Of a stretch of 64,000 nucleotides of DNA, positions 13,921-26,500 are shown piece by piece. This DNA comes from Isurus oxyrinchus. Its lineage: Eukaryota. The stretch spans positions 105,090,001 to 105,154,000 of the forward strand of contig JANJGN010000019.1 in assembly GCA_026770705.1 (NCBI GenBank), read 5' to 3'. The position numbers and the translations under genes were made by a program. Position 1 is the stretch's first letter. Each line of letters starts with the position of its first letter. The notes under the pieces were generated by a model that made no database searches, had not been told where the DNA came from, and saw only the letters and a program-made list of their open reading frames with translations.

Positions 13921-14030
13921 GCACCGCTAATTGGCCACCTTCCCACTAGGCAGCCGCTGATTGGCCACCTTCCCACTAGGCAGCCGCCGATTGGCCACCT
14001 TCCCACCAGGCAGCCGCCGATTGGCCATCC
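13921..14030. repeat. 30-bp tandem repeat, about 3.7 copies, each with a CCAAT box
   Basis: Units start at 13921, 13951, 13981 and 14011, consensus cagccgcygattggccaccttcccacyagg. Confidence 0.95.
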
Positions 14031-14377
14031 CATGCTCGATTCACCGGGATGAGCGGGCCACTCACTTTCTGTTCTGCCTTCTTCACCCTGCTCCAAACCG
14101 TAAACTCCAGCCCTGCGCCTTTTCCAACGATAAATCAGTGTGAACAAGCGAGAGGCCTCATTCAGGTGGGAAAAGACAGAAATTCTCAGTATCCTTTGCC
14201 CTCGAGAGATGCTGGAAGTGTCTACTGTGCCTCCAATCCAGAAGCAGCAAAACACACTGAAAAAAAAGCAAGAGAGTTCCGCTAAACTGAGTACATTTCT
14301 GGGCCGCAGCAGCATGCATTTATTTAGCATCTTTAACGTAGAAAAATGTTTCAGGGTGCTTCAATGGTATAAGCAAT

Positions 14378-14685
14378 AAAGAGCTTGCATTTCACTTCCT
14401 CAAGACATCCTATAGATTTTTCATTCAATTAATTACTTCTGATGCTTTATGATGGCAGGAAATTGTGGAAGACAATTTGGGCAAAGTGGCGATGAGATAA
14501 GTGGCCGGATAATCTATTCGACTGACATCAATTGAGGGATAAACCTTGGCCAGTTTTAATGGAAGGACTCCCCTAGTCATCTCTGAATGGTGCCATGGGA
14601 TCCTTTAAAGCCTAACTGAGTGGATTATAGGCTCAAATCGCTGGAATGGGGCATGAACCCACAGTCTTCTGGCCTGACAACCAAT
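14378..14685 (-). mobile_element. Degraded Deu-domain tRNA-SINE (SacSINE1-like)
   Basis: Aligns by eye to the copies at 15636-16048 and 62581-63025 (ttgagggataaa..ttggccag, gtgccatgggatc, tgaacccacag). Confidence 0.7.
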
Positions 14686-14917
14686 AAGGAATTGGTTAAC
14701 CTTTTGCCTTTCTTATGGTTTCACTTTTGTGATTTATTTCTGCATTTGCTAATGTATTATAGCCCCCAGCGCCATCACCCAGAAACATAGGTGAACAGCA
14801 CTCACCCTCCTTTTTCAAACCTGTAGCTGTTGCTTCAACTCCACGCCTGACGTTAGGACCTAGGTGAGATAAACTTTCTTTCCAGTTTAGCATGGTATCA
14901 GCAAAACCGAATTCTTC

Positions 14918-15390
14918 GGGCAGAATGCTTCACTGGGCCTGCAGGTGAACGAGCGTCCTGACATCATCGCGCACTCGCACAATATTTTGGTTGGCGGGCG
15001 CGCACTAAACCCAGAAGCTTGCCCGCCGACAATTAAGAGGGCCGTTAAGCCCATTAGCGGCGCATTTAAATGAGATTTTTCACTGCCCGCCCAACCTTAC
15101 AGTTTGGCAGGCCAGACAAATCGGCCAGCCGGCCTTTGTGTTTTCTTTTCAGGAAACCTCATCCGAGGAGGGGACGAGGTTTCTGTCGTTAAATAAAAAA
15201 TAAATAAAAACGTTTGGACAGGACTTCAATGCTGCATAAGTGGAGGTGACTGTTTCTGATGTGTGGGCATATTTTCCTGGTTTTTAACATCTCCATTTTT
15301 TTTTTGGACTTAAATTCTTCAGCTCCCTGAGGCAGCTCTCTGCCTTCGGGGGGCTTTCATTTCACGCTCCCCCACCCCCCACAACCCCAC
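14918..15390. mobile_element. CpG-rich DNA-transposon-like fragment (possibly a PIF/Harbinger terminal region)
   Basis: Abrupt CpG-rich block starting gggcagaat..., resembling recalled shark non-autonomous elements. No partner terminal repeat was found. Confidence 0.35.
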
Positions 15391-15635
15391 ACACACACCT
15401 GGGGGATGTGGGCATCACTAACTCGGCTAACATTTATTGCCCATCCCTAGTTGCCCTTGAGAAGGTGGTGGTGAGCTGTGGAACTTGGGTCACTGTTCAA
15501 ATCATAACTGAGCTCCCTTAACCACAAATACCCCTCGTTCCACCTCCAGAACAGGTAAAAACCCAATCTAATTCACATCTTTAATCACAATTTCTTTACC
15601 ACTCCCCCACCCTCCCCATCATCTAGATGCCCAAT

Positions 15636-16048
15636 AAAGAATTGCGTTTATTTAGCATCTTTCACAACCTCGGGATATTCCCAAAGCAATTTACAGCCAA
15701 TGAAGTATTTTTTGGCACTATTGCAACGTAGGAAACATGGCAGACAATCTGCGCACAGCAAGCTCCCACAAACAGCAACTTGACAATGACCAGCTAATCA
15801 ATTTATTTAGTGGACTCATTTGAGTGATGAATATTGGCCAGGACACCAGAGAGAATGCCATGTTATAATGCCTTCGGATCTTTTATATTCACCTGAAAGG
15901 TTAGAAGGGGCCTTTGATTTAACATCCCTTTGAAATGATGGCACCTCTGACAGCGCAGCACTCCCTCAGAACTGGATATGGGCGTAAAGCTCTGGAGTGG
16001 GGATTGAATCCGCAATCTAATGACTCAGAGGTGAGGGTGGCAACAAAT
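15636..16048 (-). mobile_element. Deu-domain tRNA-SINE (SacSINE1/AmnSINE1 superfamily)
   Basis: Reverse complement matches the copy at 62581-63025: tail aaagaattgcgtttatttagc, core tgacagcgcagcactccctcag, tRNA-like head gggattgaatccgc...tgactcagagg. Confidence 0.85.
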
Positions 16049-16229
16049 CCCCTTCCCCAGAAATTACTACTCTTTCAGAATGGCTCAACTCCTGCCTTTA
16101 ACCTGCATAAAATTCCACACTCCCATTGCTCATCTGTACCAAACTCCATTGGTTGGCTTCGCCCTAGAGAATTGAATGCAAAATCCTGATCCTTTCTGGC
16201 AAACAACATGAAATGATCCCGCCAGCCTC

Positions 16230-16575
16230 AGCTACCCCCTCCAGCCATGTGTTCTGCAACTCCATTCTCTCATCCCAACCATTGGCAGCCACTCTTTCAA
16301 CGCCCATATCCATACTGTTTGGAACCCCCTCTCCCCATATCACTCCACTTTGCTGTCTCCAGTTTTCCTATTAAAAAGGCTCCTAAAAGACTCTTTCCTT
16401 CAGCCATGTGGCTAGTCTCAGCCTGCTCCGCCAACCCCCCTCCACTTGCCCCACCCGCCCAGACCAGTCCCCCTCTTTGCTCAGTGCCTGTTGTGTCCCA
16501 CTCTGCTGTAAAGCACTTGGACAACATTCTCCCTGTACATGGTGAACGCTGTTACAAGTGCAGGGTACTGCTATA
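16230..16575 (+). mobile_element. Degraded L2-type LINE 3' end
   Basis: ctctttccttcagccatg...tgtaaagcacttgg...gctgttacaagtgcag resembles the L2 tail seen at 62190-62357. Confidence 0.5.
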
Positions 16576-18529
16576 AGAAAGGCAAAAAAAAATCTTGCAC
16601 TGTGGAACAAAAAAAGGACCCAAAGTACTCACAGTGATCTTTACATCACACAGCAATAAAAATGTTGACTGCTTATAATTAGCAGGAATTACCCACCTGT
16701 TACATTGCTGTTTTGTTATTTCACTGGTGTCCAACAACAGTAAATCAGGGGGAAGCTGTGGCCTCCAGAAATGGTTACCAAGTACTTTTAGACATGGGCA
16801 CTCATTATGAAAAACAGGTGGCAGCAAAACAGCTTTGTAGGTATGTGTGCATCTTGTATTAATAAAATGTTCAAATAGCCCAAGCAAAAAAGGCAAACTG
16901 ATATTTAAAGGGGCAGTATTGCCTTGTGGAAAGAGGTGCAAATGATGCCAGGGGCAGCTTATATCAGGTTCTCCCGTTTCCCCAACCATAAGGATTGTGT
17001 GACACTATCGATAGGGCAACAGTCTTACTGCTTTGGTCTGAAGTCACTCTTCAAAAGAAAATTGCCCGAATTTCTTTACTGGAAGCCACACGGCTTCTAG
17101 TCATTGTAGATTTATTCGATGTAACCACGCTATTTCCCGTTGAACAGCATTGTCAATGTGACAATATCAGTGTACTGTACACAAAAACTGATGCCTTGTA
17201 AACCTAGGATATCTCAGTACATGGGCCCTTTAATACTTGTGAGCAAGATATCATGATATTAAAAAATAGTGAACCTAGAAAAATTGTTCAGTCGCTTAGA
17301 GGCAGGTCAAAATTATGGGCTAATGTTGCAATATTATTATATCTGAACAGGGAATTGTATATTAAAGCTAGATTTTTGTTTCCTTGTTTGAGGTACCAAG
17401 CTTTTTCTTATTAATATCTAGTAGCGGCAGTTGTGTGATGTAGCACATTGAGTCAATATGGAACAGGTTGTATGCATAAATCAACTTTAATTTTAAGGTG
17501 GGTGGCAGCAAGGAAACAGTATTGAATATAGACAGAGAAAAATAGACTAAAACAGAGTGAAGGATGCAGTGTACACAAATAAGCCGCTTAATGCATCTTG
17601 GCACACAGTGTAAGCCTTGTAGGAGCTCAAAGAGCCTCAGGCAATCTGTGAGTTGAATAGCAATTTTATTACTTTGTCATTAAACCAATTTCACAGCAGT
17701 ATTGTTTGTTAATGAGCAGCAGCAAACGAGTGAAGATGTCACATAGTGGAATAGCAGTGAGATTTGTGACCAAGGACTGCATCACTCAGATGAAAAGGCC
17801 ATCGAAGGCTATAAAAAGGAACAATTTAGGGGGGGAAAAGGCAGCCAGTCTGATATTTTTGAGCTAACAGCTGTAGGAATAATGTCAAAATAAAACTTGC
17901 TAAAGCAGATACAGAGAATGGCAGAGCAAGTTGTGCTTTTACACTGCTGTTAAGTGAGGGGAAAGAGCATCTGTTCGACTTGCCTATGTTATCTGTTACA
18001 TTTTGTGAAATAACATATTCTTTTGCTTAATGACACTTGCATTACCAGAAGTCTTTGTGGAATATAGAACATCAGTTTGGAAAATGCCTTACTGAATAAA
18101 CAAATAGCCTTACTCTCACTAGCTGCTATCTTTTCTTTGTAGAATATAGAGTATAGATGTCTCCACAGCAACACTTTCCCATCCTCTGAGATTTGTGGTT
18201 CAAACTATGAAGTTTGCTTCAGCACAAAGAGGCAGATTTGTATCAACATAAATTGCAACTGGTGTGTCACCAAAATACACCTACTCAGTAACGTGTACTG
18301 ACCTCTAGAGGGCAAGCTCACATTGCTTAGGCAGTATAACTGCAGTCTAAGATGGTACTTTCTGCAGAGAATGCTAAGTGGAATATTGTACTGAATACAT
18401 TCAACTCTGATCCTCAGACTTGTGTAAAGAAGGACTTTAACTTTAAAAGTCAAATTTGCATTGAATGGTTGTGAATTATCTTCAGGGAAACTCTTATTTT
18501 TAAAATATGCTTAGACATCCTCAAAATGG

Positions 18530-18955
18530 GGATAAGTTAAAGATACCTGGCTTGTATTTCCTTGAATATAGAAGATTGAGGGCTGATCTGATTGAAATGT
18601 TAAAAGGATTTGGGAGACTAGATGTGGAGAAACTATTTGCTTTATGGGTGTCAAGAACACAAGGATATAAAATTAGAATAAGGACATTTAGCAGTGATGA
18701 AGTGATTGATTGCATAAAGAGTACTAGAAATCTGGAATTCTTCCCCTCCACCCCCACAACTCACCCAACCCTCCAAAGACTGTGGCTGCTAGCTCAGTTG
18801 GTGCTTTGAAAGTAGAGATTGAGGTTCAGGTATCAAAGGATATGGAGCTGCACTGGGTAAAGAGAATTGAGGGACAGGTCGGCCATGATCTAATTGAATA
18901 GTGGAGCAGGCTCAAGGCAGTAAATAGTCCTACTCCTGTTCTTAATGCTCCTATT
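18530..18955 (+). mobile_element. CR1-type LINE 3' fragment
   Basis: ORF LYFLEYRRLRADLIEMLKGFGRLDVEKLF (CR1 ORF2 C-terminus) followed by a CR1 3'UTR ending cctactcctgttc. Confidence 0.85.
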
Positions 18956-19656
18956 CCAAACCACGGCAGAATTGAGATAAAACCGTATTGCTGGTATCAT
19001 GAGTTTAGGGCGTTGAAAGAATATGATTTTCTGGGTTAATATGCCCACGTGATTAAAATCTCTCGTGAGCCAGTGCTCATTTTCAGGATCCTGGGAGTTC
19101 AGTGAGACTTTTTTATGCCTGGCAGGTCAGAAACAACTGGCTGACCTGTTCTAGTTGGCAACTTTTCAAGCATATCTTCCTCCCGGGGTACAATTGGATA
19201 GAATTGCCAGACGGATCAATTCACTTTTAGATTCCTGCCATTATATATTTTCACTGCTCTTAAGATAATACTGTATAGCAATTGCATAAAATGGTGTATT
19301 TCAGAAGGAAAATAATCCACCCTGTTGGTGTTAGAAAGGAAAGGGAGTACAGAGTCTTTAAGGAATTTGCTTGCATTTGTTTACCAGAGTACCTGCCGTT
19401 TCACAAGTGAGAGCATATTTCAAAGTAATTGGTAAAGCTAATGATAGTCAGCTTGTAGCAAACAGGCGTTTAAGCTGGAACACCGTGTTTGGTAAAAGGT
19501 GAAGATAAATTGAATTAAAGAGGATTCCACAAAAGGTCTGATGTTATCAAACCTGATCAGACACTCTGATAGAGGCTGTGGTTTGTAAATGTGTTAATTA
19601 AACTCTTCCAGAGGTTGAGTGCTGCCTATAGGTTTCTATCAGTCAGGTAAGAAAAA

Positions 19657-20242
19657 CGCAAACTGGAGGAACAACACCTCATCTTCTGACTAGGCACCTT
19701 ACAGCCTTCCGGTCTGAATATTGAGTTCAACAACTTTAGGTCGTGAGCTCCCCCCCCCATCCCCACCCCCTTTCTGTTTCCCCCTTTTTCCCCCTTTTTT
19801 TTTCCCTATAAATTATATAGATTTTTCTTTTCCCACCTATTTCCATTATTTTTAAATATTTTAAAATCTTTTATGCTCTCCCCACCCCCACTAGAGCTGT
19901 ACCTTGAGTGCCCTACCATCCATTCTTAATTAGCACATTTGTTTAGATAATATCACCAACTTTAACTTTAACACCTATGTGTTCTTTTGTACCATTGTCG
20001 CTGACATCTTTTGATGATCTGCTTCTATCACTGCTTGTTTGTCTACACAACCACCTCTCTCTCTCCCTATCTCTCCGCCCCCCCCACACACACACCTTAA
20101 ACCAGCTTATATTTCAACTCTTTCTTGGACTCGAACTCAAGTTCTGTCGAAGGGTCATGAGGACTCGAAACGTCAACTCTTTTCTTCTCCGCCGATGCTG
20201 CCAGACCTGCTGAGTTTTTCCAGGTAATTCTGTTTTTGTTTT
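19657..20242 (+). mobile_element. Penelope-like retroelement (5'-truncated) with GIY-YIG C-terminus and pLTR
   Basis: Starts RKLEEQHLIF*LGTLQPSGLNIEFNNFRS*, the E..I..L.TL.P.GLN end of a GIY-YIG endonuclease. Flanked by an AGAAAAA duplication (19650-19656 / 20243-20249). The 3' end is nearly identical to the inverted copy at 60334-60412. Confidence 0.85.
20140..20178 (+). ncRNA. Minimal type I hammerhead ribozyme-like motif (variant core CUGUCGA)
   Basis: AGTT-CTGTCGA-A-GGGTC(atgag)GACTC-GAAA-CGTC-AACT: stem I AGTT/AACT, stem II GGGTC/GACTC, palindromic ACGT stem III, putative GUC cleavage triplet. Confidence 0.6.
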
Positions 20243-23200
20243 AGAAAAATGTGTCCGTTGACAAGATCAGCTCAGTTTTGGTTAAGGGGGCTTTTATTTT
20301 TTTTTGCCTACGGTTGCCAAGTTACTGCAATAAGGTTTTTGTTTCACCTATTCTCACAAAAAGTAAGCTGGCCTGTATTGTTGGTTGAGCAAGTGTTTGG
20401 AACAAAATGTGCAAAAATTAATGATGAATCACTAGATTGTTAGTTAACAGGCTGCCACCATGGGGACTAGGACTAATAGTCACCTGTCTTAAGTGCTTAG
20501 GTCTAGACATCAGTTTCTGATCCCTTGTCTGTGAAACTTTGGTCTCTGCCAATATTGTACCAATAGTCTACAAAGGGGAAAGAAACAGCTTAATATTCAA
20601 AATTAAGAACTGCTTGTCCAGTGCAAGAAAAAAAACGTGGAAACCATTCATAAAATAATCTGATTTAGTTGCTCTCCTGATGTTCAGCTACAGTTGAGAA
20701 TTTGTTTTAAAAAGTACGAGCCAGTACTGTCACTATACCCAGACCCCAACTTCAAGAAAGAAAATCACAAGATATGGAGGAATTTAGAACTTCGGTACTT
20801 TATTATCTTTTATCTTTTACTTGGATATGAGAGTTTATCAAAGTAAGTCAACTTCTTCACTTTCTCTTTACATGCTGAAAGATAAGGCATTTGTTTGATA
20901 GTCCAGCTACAGTGCTGATGAAGCTTGTAGAAAAATTCATGGTGAGACTGACAAAGGGGGTGATATCTAAAATATCGCCCCCTTTAGGATATTTCAGATA
21001 TTATCACTTTAACCCCATCTAAACTTGCACAAATTATCCATGGATTTTTCTTTTTTTAAAAAAAACTGATGTATTGACATAATTTGATGACACAGAGATG
21101 TATGTGCGCACATTATTATCTTGATATCTGGCGGTGTTGTGTAAACCCACTGTTTGTGACTTTAGCAAGTGGAGAAGAGGCCAATTTGAATGGTACCCAT
21201 CAGTCATGAAGATGTTAGTGAGTCAGCGATGGCTCATTACATCACGTTTATTCTTCTGCTCTAAAACCATGATGGTTGGGCAGGTCACTTCAAACTAGCA
21301 GCAAGGAAGCTTTTTCTGTCAATTGCAAAACCTAGGTTTTAGTAACAGAGATTGGAGAGTGAGAGGTGAGAGGAAGTCATTTTGGGCAAACTATGTTCGA
21401 TATATACTAACACCAGGTCCAGGAGTATGGGTGCTTCCTGTTTGTGAGAAGTGACTCATCATTAGAACATAACTTTCTGCGGTGTTCTTGCTAAAGTGTA
21501 GCTGCTGCTAATTCTTTCATTTAGAAGAATTAAAACAAGTTAGTGCTTGGAGAGGAGTAGGTTTCACACATTTGAGATATAACAGGAGTGCAAAATAGAG
21601 CAAGTACTGTACACCACCGATGTTGTAAGACTCTGAAAACTTGATTCAGTGGCCTAAGGGATGAAGCTGACACACCAGCTCTACAACCAGTATCTTCTTT
21701 CATTCGCACCTTCTTGACAGTTAGGCTTTGTGGCTTTTGCCTTGGGATTTGTGAGCAGTCTGACTGGCCTGTTGTTTCAAACCAGTGCTCTACCAGCAGG
21801 TACAAATATAGCTCTGATCCCACTTTCATGTCGAATGTTTGTATTCAATTCTGTGTTCAGCTCCTAAAACACATTTTATAGCACCAGCTCGAGCATTAAT
21901 TTTGACGCACCCCAATTTTGCTTCTCTAGCTGCATTCTTTTGGTCTGATTGTTGAAGATCGTAGCTTGCTAGCCGTGCAGACACATCCTTATGTAGATGT
22001 CACTTACAGAGGCTGAGGCAAATTGAAATGGCTGTTCAGAATGAAGTTTGAGTAGGGACTGTTGGGCATGGGAATGATGTTGGGTGTTATTGATCAAACA
22101 ATTATCACTTTACCCTTGACTTGTATAGAATTGCCCTGCTGCTGTTGCTCAGCAAATAATAATTTTAAACTCTGCTGATGCACAGAGCAGGCTGCTTGCT
22201 GCCCACTGTAATGACAGAGCAACAACTCTCTGTGGAGCCAATCAGTCCCATAATTGAGATATTTTCCACTCTGCTCCTGATTCAGTGCCCTTATTTTAAA
22301 TGACACTTGCAGGAGTACTTGGAGGTCAGGCACTTCAGTTTATTGACCTGAACTGGTGGTTTTGAAGATTTGTAAGGTAGACCAAGCAGCTGAGTATAAA
22401 AGATAAGCAAATATATTATTTAATTTTGCAAAATATGAAATACTGTATTAAAAAATAAACCATCTCCTGTACTGCTATTATGCACAACATTAAATCCTGA
22501 ATATCTCAACATTATATTGAATTAAATTTAAAACTTGAGACCCATCCCAAAAATTTTGAGTTCAGGATTTATTGTATTTAAATCCATTAATATAATCTCT
22601 AATCCAATCAAGTAATTTAACACGACTGAATGAAAGTAGGGTATTGATTATATTTGGCGTTTATTATCATGGATGATTAATAGCAAAGTATCTTAACCAC
22701 ATCAAGTTTATCTGTAACGGAAAGATATCCATTGAGTCATCCAAAATTCTTTCATGGAAACATCTAAGTGTGCTGTACTCCGTGAACTACAAGCTAAAGT
22801 GAGAGATGTGCATGGTGACATATGGTAATGGTGAAGAGGCGATTTTACTTCAGCAATATACATGTCAAGATATCAAGTGTCAACGTTTTTGGACTTGGGT
22901 TAATGGAGCTTCCCCTAGAAAGGGATCTTCATTCTATTTGTTCTATAGATCCTGAGAGATGTTTTTTTCTGACTGACAGACAGACAAATATAAAGTAACC
23001 TCTTTAATCCGCATTCTTTAGGTCTTATAGCCTTAATAAATAAAAAAGGAAAAATGTTCTTGACTGCGAATAAGGCTTTAGAGGTCAACAGAAAAATGAA
23101 GTATACTTCAGGCAAAATTTGCCATTGGGGAGGATAGAGCATTCTTTCTTGGTATGGAAATGGGTAGTGTGTATGCAGCTTGGACGAGATGGTTGCCACA

Positions 23201-23329
23201 ATAAGGCTCCTTTCATACAGGTGTGTTTATGCCCCAGGCATGTTGGCCACAGTCCATTCAATGTACAGAAGTTAAATTGAACAATAACAACTGAATCTCG
23301 AAAGGTGAGCATTAGAAGAGATGCCTGAG

Positions 23330-24480
23330 AGCTGTCTCCGAGCCAACGAAAGCCTGTTGCAGTTGTCAGAGCTTGTTGATGTTGCAGTGAACAGAGCAGT
23401 TTTGCACCAGATTTTGTGGTTCTGCCTTAGGAAAGAAAGTAAAATAGAACAGAAGAACAAAGTCCTGGTACATAAATCAGCAGCTGCTCTTTGCCAGATC
23501 AAAGGAGTGACATTCTCGCTCCTGGTCTGCATGTCCACTTCAGGTGGTTGATAGACAGCTAGCAGCTGGCCTACTGTTGATGATAACTGAGCCATGTTTT
23601 CTTTTGTGGAATTAATAAGGAAATTTATCATGATTGAAATGGAAAAAGTTAAAGGAAAAGTGAAAGTATTAAATTATGTTAACACCATTACTTTAAGGCC
23701 AAACCTTGGAGGAACTAATTTTCCTCCTCTCACTAATTATTACCAAACTACATCAGAACTTTATCCGCTAATTTGTGCTACTCGTGTTATTAAGCCAAGA
23801 TATCAATGTTGTCATGTCAAATTTGCCTCTGGAGCAAATAAACGTGTTCAGGTATTATGGTTTAAATTATTTTACTTCTGTTCACTTCTCAAAGGGCTCC
23901 CACACTTTCCCAATCAAGGCGTCATTTGATTTGTTGTATTCCTTAACTGTAATTACTGTGTCTCATCCTTCCGTATCTTCGGTAAGGTTTTAAAAATATA
24001 TGCTTTCCCAGACAAATGGTTATCTTTAAATACTAATAAGCCAAAACACACTATTCTGCAACGATTCTTGTCAAACTACGGGTAAGGTTTGTTGGATCAA
24101 ATCACAATTTGCTTTAAATGCTGTATTTGCAGTTTTGGAATAAATTGTTTATCTTGAAAACCTATAAATAATTAACACAAAAAACTGTGGCAACAATTTA
24201 ATTAACTGTATTGAAGTAGAGTTGTACATGATGTTATTTTCATTACACTAATCCAAGTAATTTTTGGAGCACAAAATGTTTATTAAATATAAGTCTGATT
24301 AATACATTAGAACTGTAATCATCCACAAATTAAAATGCAACTGCATTAAAAATCTAAGTAATGACAAATTTCAAAAGACAAAAAGTAATTAACACAATTA
24401 ATTAAAAGATCAATGAAATAACACTTTTTAAAGAAATGAATGAACTTTCATAAAGTAAGGTGTATTTAGTTGATTAATTT
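23330..24480. promoter_or_regulatory. Candidate conserved enhancer block
   Basis: ATAAATCA (Pbx-Hox, reverse) 23472-23479, CAGCTG E-boxes, AGATCAAAGG (optimal TCF/LEF) 23496-23505, and many TAATTA cores. Confidence 0.45.
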
Positions 24481-26403
24481 AATTTATGAATATTACTTCT
24501 GGGAGGTTGAAAATTATTTTATGAATAAATTGATATACTTGAATATGAAGATGAAAGAATATAGCTTCCCTGTAAGTGAGTCTCAGTTAATAAATTGCCC
24601 AATTTCTAAAATTAAACATGTTTATTCCCAAATTTCTGTTCATATATATCACCATAGCTGTTGTTGACAAATACTGTCTTTACATCAAAACTGTGAAAAT
24701 TCTAACATTTTCCAAGTTAAACTTGTCCGACCAACAAATTCGGTGGTGGCATCTCAACACTAGAATTACAGCGGGCAGAACTTCCTCCCATTTGCCGCAG
24801 CTGTCACTTGATCACGCCCCAAATCCCAGGGATTGTAGTTGTTTGAAAAATAACAGGAGGCACCCTTGCCTGTTGTGGTATAACAGAGGCACCTGCTGTG
24901 TGGTGCAGTACCCCATGGCCTGAAAATTAAGCTTTTTGGGAACTACATTAGAGCTCCCTTTGCGCTGGCATTAAATTCTGTTCTGTGGGGGCCTCCAATA
25001 AATTCAGGGGAAAAAAAGACCGGCACCAGCTCTCAGCAGGTGTAGGTTGGGACAATGAGAGGCATATGGGATAGGATTTCCAAGGTAGCCAGAGAACACA
25101 CCCAGACAAGCCCCCTGAAGTGCTGGCAGGACTTAACCAGGGCAGTCGGAAGAAGTGCATGCCTCACCCTACACTCCCCATCCCCCTGTCCTCAGCGCCG
25201 CCATTGAGATTGTTTTTTTTCTATAAAGGAAGAGTAAACCCCAATGGATTCAGGTTCAACCCATTTTCTGATTTATGACAGAATTGCATTGAAAGTTGAA
25301 GCCATTGCCCCATGATCTATGGGTGTTGAGTTCACTCTGGTACCTCATCCAAGTGACCGTTATTCATGAATGGGCTTAACTAACATGAAGAGTAACATTG
25401 CCAAACCTAATCCTGTCCTCAGCCGGCATCTTTGCATGTACTTTCCAGCAGAGATCACTGGATAACAGTCAGAAGTGGAACGCCTGGCTATCTTGCTGAT
25501 TAAATACTTTAGTGTCACAAGATGCAATTAGATCACCACTGAGCCATCAGGTGGACAGGAATTTTTCTTAGTGCAATATGATTTTGCAATATGTTCAAAA
25601 TGTGACATAATCAAACTGCATTTTGACATTAGTACGTGTACACTCTCTGATCTTACCACTAACATTTAGTGTTATGTGTACTCTCATATCATTCCTACTC
25701 AACATTAGTATTAATTGTTCATTCACATTGCTCCTACTGCCTATGACTCTTTTTCTCAATTACAAATGGAATATTGAATTTACAGCTATGAAATAATAAA
25801 GTGACCTTTAACCAATCACCAATATCATATTTACATGTTAACCAGCTAACATCACTTTTTCAAAAAAAATTTGTTTTATGCTGGAGCTTTATAATATTCT
25901 TGATGTAGGAATGTTGATAATTCGTTGAGGTGTTGAATAAATATAATTTCCGTGATTCAGTTTTATTTAATGTTTATATTTGTAACATAAATTGTGAGGA
26001 TAGATTATGAAAACATGTCATAATGTAAGGGCAGGATAGCTATTCTACCGCACAATGTGTTGTGTTGACTTTTCCAACTTCCTGATGAAGTTTAAATCCT
26101 TTAAATATTTAGTTGGAAATATCTCAAGTTTGGGGTAACTTTAACTGTTTTCATACTGCGATCACTAAATATAGATTTACTATTAAAAGTCAAGTACCAT
26201 TATTACAAATCTGTTTGTAAGTTGTTGAAATATAGTAGATTCACATTACATACCCACATGTAGGACACGCAAAAACACTGCTTAATTGTAGATTTGCACA
26301 AAACAGGAATGACTTTACCAGTACGAATCACAAACAAGTTGGGACCTGATCAAAATGTGCTAGCCACCTTCATTTCTGGCTCAGCATATAATGTAGGCAT
26401 ATG

Positions 26404-26500
26404 AAGAAAGAACTTGCATTTATATAACACCTTTTCACATCTCCTGGGCTGTCCCATAATGGATTACTCTGAAGCACAGTCACTTGTTACTGTGCTGCTC
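26404..26500 (-). mobile_element. SINE 3' tail fragment (same Deu-SINE family)
   Basis: aagaaagaacttgcatttatataacaccttttcac...gtccc. Confidence 0.6.

Noticed and set aside
13921-14030. CRISPR-like array
   Set aside because: Units are head-to-tail with no unique spacers, there are no cas genes, and the context is vertebrate.
13767-14330. 187-aa minus-strand ORF with repeated WPIGGCLVGR
   Set aside because: The peptide repeat is simply the 30-bp tandem repeat read in frame; there is no domain similarity or splice context.
20451-20466. CTCF-like motif (minus CCCCATGGTGGCAGC)
   Set aside because: A single partial match judged by eye; not supportable without a PWM score or ChIP data.
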